The position numbers and the translations under genes were made by a program. This document shows, one piece after another, positions 1-11,923 of a stretch of DNA of 64,000 bases. The notes under the pieces are model-generated. The model saw nothing but the letters and a program-made list of their open reading frames with translations. It did not search any database and was not told the origin of the DNA. How positions within the stretch are numbered: position 1 is the stretch's first letter; each line of letters starts with the position of its first letter. This DNA comes from Squalus acanthias (lineage: Eukaryota), in assembly GCA_030390025.1 (NCBI GenBank), contig CM059425.1:165046001-165110000 (forward strand). The letters are read 5' to 3'.

Positions 1-48
1 CGCGCGATCCTTGCACCCACGGGAAGCCGGAGAGCCGAATTTCTGGCC
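1..48. mobile_element. Right end of a Harbinger-type element cut by the window edge
   Basis: Ends in GAATTTCTGGCC, the reverse complement of the GGCCAGAAATTC-type TIR seen on other elements in the window. Confidence 0.55.
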
Positions 49-244
49 CAATATCTTGCCTCAGCAATCACCACTGGTGTTTTCAATTTAACTGCCTTGC
101 TTGTCATGTCTCCATTCTGTACAATACTTCATGGAAGAGTGTTCTATTTATAGTACATAGGATTACCAATTAATACTTAAAAACAAAAATCAAAAACAAT
201 GCTGTTTATCTGTCCAGTGAACCACATGTCCAAAAAGAAATTTA

Positions 245-1137
245 GGGGGAAAAATTCAGTTGGTTGCGCCTCCCGTTAGCGCCTTAAGAGGGCGCTAATG
301 GGGCGCAAAGCATCTAGCGCCCAGGCGCGGCGAAGTTTGCGCCGCTCGCGAAATTAACTAGACATTTTGCGGCGGCGCTAAACACTACCGCCACGATCTC
401 CTGCGCCGGCAGATCGTGACGTCAGTCGAGTGCGCAACGCCCCGGTATCGCCCCGGAGCGGATATTGAGTGGCGCCCCCTGCCTTATCGCCTGACGCTAG
501 CAACGACAGTTTGAGTGGAGCGTTCTGCAGTCATGAAGGGAAAGGGGGAGCGCTATTTAAAGGTGACCGCTTCCTGCCTTTTATTGTTGGTGCCATTTTT
601 GAACTACGCATTCTGAGAGAGAGAGAGAGAGACTTCTGGAGAGTTTCAACGTTGTGTGAAGGAGTTTTGGGTACTGAGCAGCACTTTGCAGCTTCATTTT
701 GATTTGCCATTCCTTGTATCGATTTAGAAGAGACTGTGGGGGCTGCACTCTGAGCTCTTTGCCTGGTACTCTCCATTGTTCTTTCCAGCAGATTTGATGT
801 GCAGGTCTCTCCAGGCCGAGATTCAAGGCTGCAATTAGCAGGATGTGGATGGAAAGTGAGATTAACCATCCCCTTTAAGACCTGGCCCGTGCCATTGTGT
901 GTGTGTTCCATTGCTGACTGACATTACATGAGCTTCGCCAGCGCTCTGAGGTAGCGCCTCGCTCCTCGGCCTTTGCGCCTTAAGAGAGGTGTGAAGCACC
1001 TGATTTAGCGCTCCAATCACCTCCAGGGGCGATAAAAGTCAAGTTTGCAGTCGGTGGCGATAATTAGTGCCAGGCGCTAATCTTTGCGCCCGGCCGATAA
1101 TTGCGCCCCAAATGGGGCGATACTGAATTTCTCCCCC
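245..1137 (-). mobile_element. 893-bp non-autonomous PIF/Harbinger element (MITE)
   Basis: TIRs GGGGGAAAAATTCAGT / GGGGGAGAAATTCAGT and TTA TSD (242-244, 1138-1140). Inverted homolog of 18898-19790, which has the same length. Confidence 0.9.
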
Positions 1138-1954
1138 TTAGTATCTTGTGTTTATGTATAAAAACATCCCTTGTGTATCTGTCCTGGAAATTGAAAAGAC
1201 CTCTGTAATATACTGTGTGAAACTATTTCTCCCCTGACACTCATGAAATTCTGGCATGCTAGTTCCAAGGGGTAGTGGAAATGGTGCTGCTTATTTGCTG
1301 GTGTAAAAAGTGTTTTGTACTGCAAAATAAAAGCGGAAAATATTACTGTGTGTAAGCAGTGTGACTGCAGCAAGTATCATGTATCATGTATTCATTTCTC
1401 CCTTATGTATATGCCAATAATAGTCCACAGCATCATTGTTGCTGCACAACCAGATATAGCAAGGACCCTTAGTAATGTATTAAAGGTCATATAAACATAG
1501 AAAATTTATACTAGAAATAAAAAACAACTTGCATTTATATAGCACCTTTCATGGCCTCAGGAAGTCCTACAATTAAGTTTTGTAACATCAATAATATATT
1601 GAAAGTTTTGCATATGGCATGTACTTCCTGTCCATATTAACCTTACTTCCTGTGTCATGATTTATGTATTGCAAGTTTTATGTCAATATTTATAATGGGA
1701 AAAGGCTATGTCAGCATGTCAATAGCACTAGGTGAGTGGCAGGGAGGAGTGGATATAGGTAAGGAACTTTAATGTCAGTTTTTTTTGCCTATTTAAAAAA
1801 AAGCCTTTTCTGGTGCATTTTAATTTTTATTTTTAGCAGCAAAAAAAACTTTTTACATTAAAATATATTTATGTATTTGTGAATAGAATGTGTGAAGCAA
1901 AATGTTGACAGTTAAAATTAATGTTTAAAGTGACACATCTCCACCATAATATCA

Positions 1955-2436
1955 TGAAGCACAAATGCCTGGTATGAGGAAATACAAATATGAAGAAAGA
2001 TTTGAAAAATTAGGGCTTGATTTGAACAATGCAAATTATGGGGCGATATAATAAAAAATGTTTAAAATTATGAAAGGGTGGGACAGGGTGGACAGGTTAG
2101 ATAGAAGCAGACAGTTTCCAGTAGTTGAGGTGTCTAGAATGATGGACCATAGATACAAGATTAAATATGAGGCTTAGAACAGAGAGCAAAAGAAACATCC
2201 TTATACAGAGCTGTGAGGCGGTGGAATTGACTTCCAGGGTTAGTGATTGAGGCAGAAACTATGTCAACTTTCTGAGTTAGATTGTATAGTTGGGTGAAGA
2301 AAAAGGGGATGAAGGGATATGGGAACAAGGTGGGTAAATGTAATTAGGACTATTGGCTCGCAGGGAGGGTAAACACCAATTCAGACTTGTTGGGCTGAAA
2401 GGCCTATTTCCGTGTTGTAACTTCTATGTATTTCAT
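1955..2436 (+). mobile_element. Old, degraded CR1 LINE 3' fragment (approximate limits)
   Basis: Degenerate match to the PGMR..YEERL..LG RT C-terminus and to the TTCTATG-type tail of other CR1 copies. Confidence 0.75.
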
Positions 2437-2549
2437 GTAATACAGATCAGATGAATGTAGATTTTTATATTACTAATGAATCTCCCATGGCACTACTCAT
2501 GAGTCAAGGGAGTCTTTCTCTTGTCTATGTCACATTTATGTGACTGCAA

Positions 2550-2850
2550 CTCTCTCTCTGTATATGTGTGTGTCTGTGTGTGTGTGTGTGTGTCTCTCTC
2601 TCGTGCGCATACCTCTCAGCTTTTCTCTCTCAGCTTTCTGGTTCTTTGTCTTTCTCATTGTTCTGTTTCTTTCTTCTAATTTTGTGCTGATGTTTTCTCT
2701 CTTTCCCTTCTCTTGTGCTTATCTCACTTTTTCTCTTCTGATCTCTCAGCTATTTTGTTTTTCTGTCTCGTCTATCTCTTTCTCTTCTTTCTTTGTCTCT
2801 TTCTCTTCTGTCTCTTTTCTTTGAATTCTGTTTATTTCTCTTTTTTAATT
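2550..2850. repeat. (TG)n/(TC)n microsatellite followed by a long polypyrimidine tract
   Basis: Seen directly; accounts for the low-complexity ORF 2540-2824. Confidence 0.9.
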
Positions 2851-2932
2851 TGGGCTGGGACATTTCAAATGGTACTCTGTTGGTAGGGGAAAGATCTGTT
2901 CAAGGCTGCAGGTCGGTTTGTGGATTGGGGAT

Positions 2933-2950
2933 ATGGAAAGTCATACAAGT
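2933..2950 (+). CDS. Candidate host-gene start (MESHTS), separated from the rest of its exon by a CR1 insertion
   Basis: ATG in context gatATGG. Joining at the duplicated AGTA (2948-2951 / 7747-7750) gives an open frame MESHTSKATCGIVEALQRHCIVPSSFQRIA ending at a GT donor. Confidence 0.4.
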
Positions 2951-2951
2951 A

Positions 2952-5900
2952 GAATCATAGAATCATAGAATGGTTATAGCACGAAAGAAGGCCATTCAGC
3001 CCGTCGAGCCCGTGCCGGCTCTCTGCAAGAGCACCTCAGCTAGACTCACTCCCCCACCCTTTCCTCGTAGCCCTGCAAATGTTTTTCTTTCAGGTACTTA
3101 TCCAACTCCCTTTTGAAAGCCGTGATTGAGTCTGCCTCCACCACCCTTTCAGGCAGTGCATTCCAGATCGTAACCACTCGCTGAGTAAAAAAGTTTTTTC
3201 TTATGTCGCCTTTGGTCCTTTTGCCAATCACCTTAAATCTGTGTCCTTTGGTTCTCGACCCTTCTGCCAATGGGAACAGTTTGTCTCTATCTACTCTGTC
3301 CAGACACGTCATGATTTTGAACACCTCTATCAAATCTCCTCTCAATCTTCTCTGCTCTAAGGAGAACAACCCCAGCTTTTCCAGTCTATCCACGTAACTG
3401 AAGTCCCTCATCCCTGGAATCATTCTCATAAATCTTTTCTGCACCCTCTCTAAGGACTTCACATCCTTCCTAAAGTGCGATGCCCAGAGTTGGACAAAAT
3501 ACTCCAGTTGAGGCCGAAACAGTGTTTTATACAGGTTCATCATAATTTCCACGCTTTTGTGCTCTATACCTGTACATCCATATCCAAATCATTAATATAT
3601 ATCAAGAAAAGCAGTGGTTCTAGAACCAACCCCTGGGGATCACCACTGTATATCTTCCTCCAGTCCGAAAAACAACCATTCACCACTACTCTCTGTTTCC
3701 TGTCACTTAGCCAATTTTGTATCCATGCTGCCACTGTCCCTTTTATTCCATGGGCTTCAACTTTGCTGACAAGCCTATTATGTGGCACTTTGTCGAACGT
3801 CTTTTGGAAATCCATGTACACTATGTCAACCGCATTGCCCTCATCAACCCTCTCTGTTACCTCATCAAAAAACTCGATCAAGTTAGTTAAACACGATTTG
3901 CTTTTAACAAATCTGTGCTGGCTTTCCTTAATTAATCCACACTTGTTCAAGGGTGTAACATTTGCAATTCTCCAGTCTACTGGCACCACCCCCGTTTCTA
4001 AGGAGGGTTGGAAGATTATGGCCAGTACCTATGCGATTTCTTCCTTCACTTCCCTCAACATCCTAGGATGCATCCCATCCGGTCCTGGCGACTTATCTAC
4101 TTTGAGTACAGCCAACCTTTCTAGTACCTCGTCGTTATCAATTTTTATCCCATCCAGTATCTCTTCTACCTCCTCCTTTACTAAGTCTATGGCAGCATCT
4201 TCTTCCTTGGTGAAGACAGATGCAACGTACTCATTTAGCACCTCAGCCATACCCTCTGCCTCCATGCGTAGGTCTCCTTTTTGGCCCCTAATCAGCCCCA
4301 CCCCTCCTCTTACTACCGGTTTACTATTTATATGCCTATAGAAGACTTTTGGATTACCTTTTATGTTAGCTGCCATTCTATTTTCATACCCTCTCTTTGC
4401 CCCACCTAATTTCTTTTTTACTTCTCCTCTGAGCTTTCTATATTTAGCCTGATTCCCAGGTGTATTCTCGACCTGACATCTTTCATACGCGCTCTTTTTC
4501 TGCTTCATCTTACTCTCTATCTCTTTTGTCATCCAGGGAGCTCTGACTTTAGTTGCCCTACCTTTCCCCCTAGTGGGAATGTACCTCGACTGTACCCGAA
4601 CTATTTCCTCTTTAAAGGCAGCCCATTGTTCCACTACAGTTTTGCCTGCCAATCTTTGATTCCAATTTACCCGGGCCAGATCCGTTCTCATCGCACTGAA
4701 ATTAGCCTTCCCCCAATTAAGTATTTTTACTCTAGATTGCTCCCTGTCCTTTTCCATAGCTAATCTAAACCTTATGATACTTTGATCACTGTTCCCTAAA
4801 TGTTCACCTACTGACACTTGCTCCACTTGACCTACTTCATTCCCCAAAACCAGATCCAGCAATGCCTCCTTCCTCGTTGGACCGGAAACATACTAATCAA
4901 GGAAGTTCTCCTGGACACACTTCAGAAATTCTTCCCCCTCCCTGCCCTTTACACTATTACCATCCCAGTCTATATTAGGATAGTTGAAGTTTCCCATTAT
5001 CACTACTCTATAGTTCTTGCATCTCTCCGTAATTTCCGTGCAAATTTGCTCCTCCATTTTTTCCCCACTAGTTGGTGGCCTATAGAATACACCTAGTAGT
5101 GTAATGGCATCTCTGTTATTTCTTAACTCTAGCCATATAGATTCTGTCCTTGACCCCTCCAGGACATCCTCTCTCTCCAGCACTGTAACATTCTCCTTAA
5201 CCAATACTGCCACACCACCTCCTATCTTTCCTTCCCTATTTTTCCTAAACACCCTACATCCAGGAATATTTAATACTAAATCCTGCCCTTTTTTGAGCCA
5301 GGTCTCCGTTATTGCCATGACATCATATTCCCATGTGGCTATTTGCGTCTGCAGTTCACCAACCTTGTTTACTATGCTTCGTGCATTCACATACATGCAC
5401 TGTAAACCTATCTTAGACCATCCTGTGTTCTCTCTTAGTCTGACCCCACCTAACACCTTACTATTTCTTACTTTAGTGCTATCTGTCTCTCCCAATCCTT
5501 TGTGCCCTTTGTTTCTCCTTTCTAATGCTACACCCTGGTGCCCATCCCCCTGCCAACTTAGTTTAAACCCTCCCCAACAGCACAAGCAAACCTCCCTGTG
5601 AGGATATTGGTACTGGCTCTGTTGAGGTGCAACCCATCTGGCCTGTACAGGTCCCGCCTCCCCCAGAACTGGCCCCAATGCCCCAGGAATCTGAAGCCCT
5701 CCCTCCTGCACCATCTTTCTCCAGCCACGCATTCATCTGTCCATCCTCCTATTTCTATACTCATTCGCGCGTGGCACTGGGAGTAATCCCAAGATTACTA
5801 CCTTTTGAGGTCCTGCTTTTTAATCTCTTTCCTACCTCCCTAAAATCTGCCTGCAGGGCCTCATCCCTCTTTCTACCTATGTCGTTGGTACCAATATGGA

Positions 5901-7746
5901 CCACGAGGTCTGGCTGTTCACCCTCCCCCCTCAGAATGTTCTGCAGCTGCTCAGTGACATCCTTAACCCTGGCACCAGGGAGGCGGCATACCATCCTGGA
6001 GTCACGTCTGCGGCCGCAGAAACGCCTGTCTGCTCCCCTATCAAATCCCCTACCACTATTGCTTTCACTGTCTTCCTCCTCCCCTCTCCTGTACAGCTGA
6101 GACACCTGTGGTGCCATGGACTTGGCTCTGGCTGTACTCCCCAGAGGAACCACCGCCCTCACCAGTACTGAGAACAGAATACTGGTTGGAGAGCGAAATG
6201 CACTCAGGGGACTCCTGCACTACCTGCTTGGTCCTCCTCTTCTGTCTGGCAGTCACCCATTCCCTGTCTGCCTGCGTACTCCTTAGCTGCGGTGTGACCA
6301 CCTCCTGAAACGTGCTATCCACGTAGCTCTCAGCCTCGCGGATGCACCGCAGTGACGCCGGCTGCTGCTCAAGCTCCGAAACCCGGAGCTCGAGCTCCTC
6401 CAGCTGACGACAGCTCCTGCTCACATGGTTGTCCAGGACACGGGAAGCATTCTGGAGTTCCCACATGGCACAGGATGTGCATTCCGCTGGACCGAGCTGC
6501 CCTGCCATGCCTTTATTTTTTCGACTATTAACTAACTTTTTTTTTAAGGAACTTAACAGAAATAAACCTAAGGGGGGAATTTTGCCAGCCCTGGGGAGGC
6601 AGGTAATTAGTCGGGACTGCCGGGAAAGTGGCAGAAACTGGGAGCGGGTACCGAACCCGCTCCCGACCCACCTCCGTGCCATCTTCCCGGGAGGCAGGTC
6701 CCCGACTCGCGCAGGGGCCCATCTCCTCGAGGCGGGAAGGGGATTACAGCCAATTAACTGCCTGTTAACAGGTAGTTAACAGACAGTTAAGAGGCTTATC
6801 CCCATTTTACCCCTGCAAGTGTGGGCTTCCCGATGGCTGCGAACCTCGCCAGGGTCAGCAAGGCGAGCAGTGGGTCTGCGGGGGTGAGAGGGATCGAAAA
6901 GTCCGCTGTAGAGGTGAGTGATGGGTGCAAGTGTGGAGAGGTAAGTATGAGAGGTGAGTGCAAAGTGTTAGAAAAAGTTTACTTACCTTTGTTTCTTCCT
7001 GCAGGCTTCAACCCTTGGGGATCCGGAGGTGCCTCATCTCAACGGCAGCGATGACAGAATGGCTGCTGCATTCTCAGATGCAGCAGCCATCTTATTTCTG
7101 CTGAGGAAAGAGGTTTTGGGGAGCCTTCAGTACAAGGGCTCACCTTAGAACAGAGATTGTCAGTGTTTGACAGCTTCTCAAAGCTGTCAAACGCTGACAA
7201 TTCATCTGTCAAAAACTTTTGACAGATGAAACGTCATACGCTGACGTCCTCTGTCACCGGCTTTCCCTTAATTGGCCGGCTAAGCTCGCAGGGCGGGCTT
7301 AACAAGGTCAATCAAGGGAAAATAGAGTGGGTTGGCCGGACGTCATTGGGGGTGGGACTGAAATCCGACAGCCAGCAGCCCACCCCAACGCGCCCCCATT
7401 GATAATATCCAGCCCTAAGACTTAAAAAAAAAATCACCAACTACTCACCAATCAGCTTCTTCCCTTGTGTTGACGTCACTTACCTCGCTCCCTGTCACTC
7501 GCACTCCCACCGGGCTCTTGGGCCTACCTTTATCTGCGGCCGCTCCTCTCGCTGTCCCGCAGGTCTGTTCTCGTGTCTATTAACTTAGAGACCTTGGGTT
7601 CTGTGGTTTCAATCCTCCTTTTCAGTCAGACGTCTCCACCGCCTTCCTCCTCTCCACCGAATTCCTGCGCTCACAAAATTTCTCACTCTGCTTGCGAATT
7701 ACTGCATTTGCGAATCTCCCAGCTCTGTCTCCAAGCTCTGTGCTCG
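2952..7746 (-). mobile_element. Near full-length, defective CR1 LINE (5'UTR, ORF1 with zinc finger/leucine zipper and SGNH esterase, ORF2 APE-RT)
   Basis: ORF1 pieces MAGQLGPAECTSCAMWEL and VVHIGTNDIG; APE motifs YVNARSI, AITETWL, GVFYRPP; RT motifs KSPGPDG, DIVYMDFQKTFDKVPH; (TTCTATGA)n tail near 2952-2970. Contains frameshifts, an internal deletion near 3945 and a nested MITE. Confidence 0.95.
6572..7415. mobile_element. Harbinger-type MITE nested in the CR1 5' region
   Basis: TAA TSD (6569-6571, 7416-7418) and degenerate GGG..AATTTT TIRs. Inverted relative of 49115-49948. Confidence 0.85.
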
Positions 7747-7823
7747 AGTAAGGCCACATGTGGAATTGTAGAGGCACTGCAAAGACACTGCATAGTGCCA
7801 TCTAGCTTCCAGAGAATCGCAAG
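7747..7823 (+). CDS. Candidate host-gene exon remainder (SKATCGIVEALQRHCIVPSSFQRIA, phase-2 donor)
   Basis: Non-repetitive open frame ending AAG|GTATGT. Phase 2 fits the acceptor at 36026/36027. Confidence 0.5.
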
Positions 7824-8619
7824 GTATGTATAATGGTAAATATGTTTTTATAGTTTAAAATAAAAGCTAAAACTATTACCTGTCTGTGATGCTAATAGTG
7901 TGATATCCAAATCATGCCTCAGAAGTTTTAATATAATTCCAGTAGATCTTCTGAGGCTTTTTTCTTGGTGAATCAGAGGTTCTGCTGTTTTATAACATTA
8001 GAGCTGTTTTTGCCATAAAGGGTATAGCATCTGGCCCACTGATTTACAGTGATTGAATAAGTTAAATTGCATTTTTATTAAATTGTATTCTGAGATTTCT
8101 CCTGATGCTTTGGGGCTTGAATTCCATAACTCTGCCCATTATTCTGTGAAAAAAGTAAATGAGAGGCTTTATCCTTTATGTATGTATTTAATTTTTATTT
8201 CTTACCAGTTTTGAATTTGAGAATGTACGGTTAGATGGCATGTTAGACTTGCGAGTCTAAGATCGCTGTACGGGGAATTTGCTCAGGGGTTCTCGTGATC
8301 AGATGCCGTAACTTTGTCAGAAGATCAGTGGAAACCCCAGATAGACGCATAAATGGCCAATCACAAGAATCTCCGAGTAAATTATTGGTGGTAGTATTGA
8401 GTGGGGGAATGAGATTTAGCTGGAGGCGATCCTGCGCTTTCATAGCACTATAGATGGTTCTGGACTTAAGCAATTCTAGGGTGGGATTCCAGTTTAGCAG
8501 CACTGTGATGGGACTGCTGGGGGTTGGTAGCATGGAGGGAGGTTCTTTGGTCTGGCTTCACTCTGGAGGGGAAACCAAGGATTTGGCAATTCTATTGAAG
8601 GCAAACCTGAAGTCTAGCA

Positions 8620-9440
8620 GAAATACAAAACGAAAATACTGCAGATGCTGGAAATCTGAAATAAAGACAGAAAATGCTGGAGATACTCAGCAGGTCAGGC
8701 AGCATCTGTGAAGAGAGAAACAGAGTTAACGTTTCAGGTCGATGACCTTTCGTCAGAACTGGAAAAAAGCAGGAAATGGAACAGATTTTTAAGCACGTGT
8801 AGGGGCTGGGAAATGGGGGAGGGGATGAAAGAACAAAGGGGAAGGTCTGTGATAGGATAGAAGGCAGGAGAAGTTAAGAGACCTTAAGAGATATTCAAGG
8901 CAAAAGGAGATGGTCATGGGACAGGTTAAGAAACAAAGGATGGCTCTAGATGAAGTGTAAATTGCGCTGGCAGAATGAAAGACAGCTGCTGTGTGGGAGA
9001 GAAGAACAGAAGGCACAAACAAAAAGTGTGGATAAAAAATATATATGTGATAGGGGCCGGGTTATGATCTGAAATTGTTGAACTCTATGTTGAGTCCAGA
9101 AGGCTGTAAAGTGCCTAAACGAAAGATGAGGTGCTGTTCCTCGAGCTTACGCTGAGCTTCCGTGGAACAATGCAAGAGGCCGAGGACGGTGAGGTCTGAG
9201 TGGGAGTGGAGCGGTGAATTAAAGTGACAGACGACCGGAAGCTCGGGGTCCCCCTTACGGACTGAACGGAGGTGTTCCGCAAAGCGGTCACCCAATCTGC
9301 GTTTGTTCTCCCCAATGTAGAGGAGACCACATCGTGAGCAGCGAATACAGTATGCAAGAAGTACAAGTAAATCGCTGTTTCACCTGGAAGGGGTGTTTGG
9401 GGCCCTGGACAGTGGGAAGGGGGGAGGTATAAGGGCATGT
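8620..9440 (-). mobile_element. Penelope-like retroelement 3' remnant (GIY-YIG endonuclease end plus terminal repeat; approximate limits)
   Basis: ORF 9062-9295 RFAEHLRSV...VVCHFNS..H..LGTLQPSGLN, preceded by CSRCGLLYIG. The terminal region contains a hammerhead motif. Confidence 0.88.
8724..8760 (-). ncRNA. Minimal type I hammerhead ribozyme motif (Penelope-associated)
   Basis: Minus strand reads AGUU CUGACGA A AGGUC AUC GACCU GAAA CGUU AACU: intact core, 5-bp stem II, 4-bp stem I and a palindromic loopless stem III (ACGU). Confidence 0.8.
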
Positions 9441-9577
9441 GTTGCATGTCTAGCAGAGCTGGAGGTGAAATGTGATGTTTTGCTCACTGGTTACAATTTC
9501 CCGTGTTTGTCTGCAGTGAGGGGTGGGGAGGGCACTGTATCTCTCGCTCTCTCCCCCTGTGGTGCAGAAAAGGTAAT

Positions 9578-10348
9578 GGCCCAGATTTTGCGGTCAGCAG
9601 TGAAGTGACGCACTTGCCGCTGACCTTGAAGAAAGCTGCCCACAAACATTTAATGGGATCTGTGGCATCGATTTCACCTTTCCCAATGTTAATTTCATTC
9701 TGGTGCCATCTATAGGGGATCTCTGGCATCCAGCAACAGTGATGTCATCAAGCAGGCTTAGCAGCCAATCACATTGAAGAGTTCTCACAGACAGCAAACC
9801 AGGAAGTAACAAGCTGGTTTTATCATTCACGTTTTATAATTTTACAGAAAGCAAAATAGAGATTTGGACATACACATAGGATTAACGTAAAAACTGAAAT
9901 ATCATAAACAAACATTAAAAAAATAAAATTAAACTTAATTTTTATTATTTTAAAAATCTATGGAATTTTTATCATGGAATGGAGAAAATGACATTCCACA
10001 AGTATAAAATTAGTTTTTCAGGGCCAGAGAGGTTGTTCAGCAGTAATTATGGCTTAGTACGCCATTAAAACCTCATTCAACAAGGCTTAACTTTTTCAAG
10101 GGTTTTTACAACGAGAATAGAGCGTAAAAAGTGGAAGTTCACGTCAATTCAGTGATTTCTAATTGACTTCTATCTGTGAGAACTGCAACAGCGCACCCTG
10201 TGGAGGAGCAGGGTATCACTGACAGCAACTTCAGGATTTCCACGTTTAAATGCACAGGTGCAGCCTCCAGAAGTTGCTATCAGTTTTACAGACCAATGAC
10301 GGCGAGTACTGACAGTTGAACTATCATTACAATCGCAAATTCCGGGCC
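9578..10348. mobile_element. Harbinger-type MITE, 771 bp
   Basis: TIRs GGCCCAGATTTTGCG / GGCCCGGAATTTGCG and AAT TSD. Related to 51853-54357. Confidence 0.85.
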
Positions 10349-10617
10349 AATAAAGTGCCACTTAGTGATGTGATAGCAAATGGTTACAGATCAGTGTTGT
10401 CATTTAACATTGGAATGCCCATTAGAGTACTACCTAGTGGCTTGACAGGAAATTGTTATGGGAAAGTATGAGAGGTACATGTTGACATTTTAACATTGGA
10501 ATTCCCATTAGAAATGTTTACATAACATTTTACAATGTAAAATTGTGACACAGGAAACTAGGTTTGTGAGCAGGGAGTGCGTGCCATATGTAAAATCATA
10601 ATAACAAATATTGATAT

Positions 10618-11220
10618 GGCCTCGATATTGACTTCCCCACCAGCTGGAAATCAAATGGAGCAGGTGACTTACCCACTCCTTTCCCACCCCAATCTAGCCG
10701 ACTGCAATTTTAAAATTGCCCCAAGCTGATGGGGTCCTCTTTAAGTATGCAGATTGGGTTTCGATCTGCTATTTTAACCAGAGGCCTGAGCGGGGGAGCA
10801 GTGATGGCTTCCCCATCAGGCCAAACCTGCTTGGAACAGCAGCCAAGGCCAGAAGAGGTCCAACAAGGTAAGTTTTTAAAATTTTATTTGGTTCCTTGTG
10901 GGTCAGGAGGACTAGGGGTGCTCCTCTGAGTCCCACTACGAAGCCTTGGGCCTCCCCTGCCCCAGACTTCCCTTCCGTCCCCGGACTGCAATTCTCCTGC
11001 TGATCCCCGCGAATTCACGTAACTTGTGTCGAGGAATGTTCCCCTGTGTCTCCGGCGGTGGCTTACTGCCACCTGATATTAACAGCCTGGCAGCCGCTTT
11101 CAGCAAGCGGTATGCAAATAAGGCCCGACCTTTAAAATCGGCCGAGACTGCCTGCTGCCGCTCCCGGGTGGGCACGCAACTCGCTTTGCCATGTTCCCAC
11201 CTGGGAGTTAATTTGAGCCC
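10618..11220. mobile_element. Harbinger-type MITE, 603 bp
   Basis: Degenerate TIRs GGCCTCGATATT / GGGCTCAAATTA and TAT TSD. Confidence 0.7.
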
Positions 11221-11923
11221 TATAGATTTCAATAAATTGATTGATGTGTCACTCACAGACACCATACATAACTTGTAAGGAACACAACTTTGTAATTATT
11301 TTCAACTGTTATGGTCCTATAGTACTACTATATGTGAGGATCTTTAAAGTCAGTTTTTATTGCCAAATTAAAAACCCAGGCTTTTTTCTGTATTTATTTT
11401 TCGCATTGAAAACCATGAGAAAATTGGGAAAAAACAGATAAATTACAGAGAAAATCAGTAAAGGTCCATTTTTGTTCTGAATGTCACTAAACCTCAAGAA
11501 AGAGACTAACAAGAGAGCGGCGGCGGACCTGCGGGGAACCAGGCGGTGGCGGCGAGGTTTAAGAGGCGGCAGAAACCAGGTAGGCCTCAGAGCAGCGGCA
11601 GACCTGTGGGGAACCAGGCGGCGGCGGCGGCGAGGTTTAAGAGGCGGCAGAGACCAGGTAGGCGTACCAATCTCCGAGCTCAGAGGGAGGGAGAGAAGTA
11701 AAAAGTAATCGAAGTGTGACGTCACCAGAAAGCAGGTAAGTGATTGGTTGGTGAGTATTTCTCTCTTTTTAAACTTAAACTCTGTGGTTTATAGTTTCTA
11801 AGCTCTCTGTGGTGTAGCGGGGACTGTTGGTAAACCAGGGCCATTAAGTATATCATTTAACTGTAGTGCAATTGGTGGGATTGATTTGTTTTAATTTAAT
11901 TTGAATTAATTAAAGGGTAAGTC

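Noticed and set aside
531..911. 126-aa ORF, repeated at 19124-19657
   Set aside because: Lies within a TIR/TSD-bounded MITE and has no recognisable domain. The repetition reflects element copying, so it is not called as a gene.
2540..2824. Hydrophobic 94-aa ORF resembling a membrane protein
   Set aside because: Translation of a microsatellite and pyrimidine tract.
3475..4341. Long ORFs antisense to CR1 ORF2 (also 5104-5601, 17656-18144, 25309-25797)
   Set aside because: Shadow frames of LINE coding sequence.
8243..8533. 96-aa minus-strand ORF next to the Penelope remnant
   Set aside because: No recognisable motif or splice support; probably an old repeat that I cannot classify.
11515..11663. 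Direct repeats considered as a CRISPR-like array
   Set aside because: Only two tandem units with no unique spacers, in a CR1 5'UTR of a eukaryotic genome; no cas genes.
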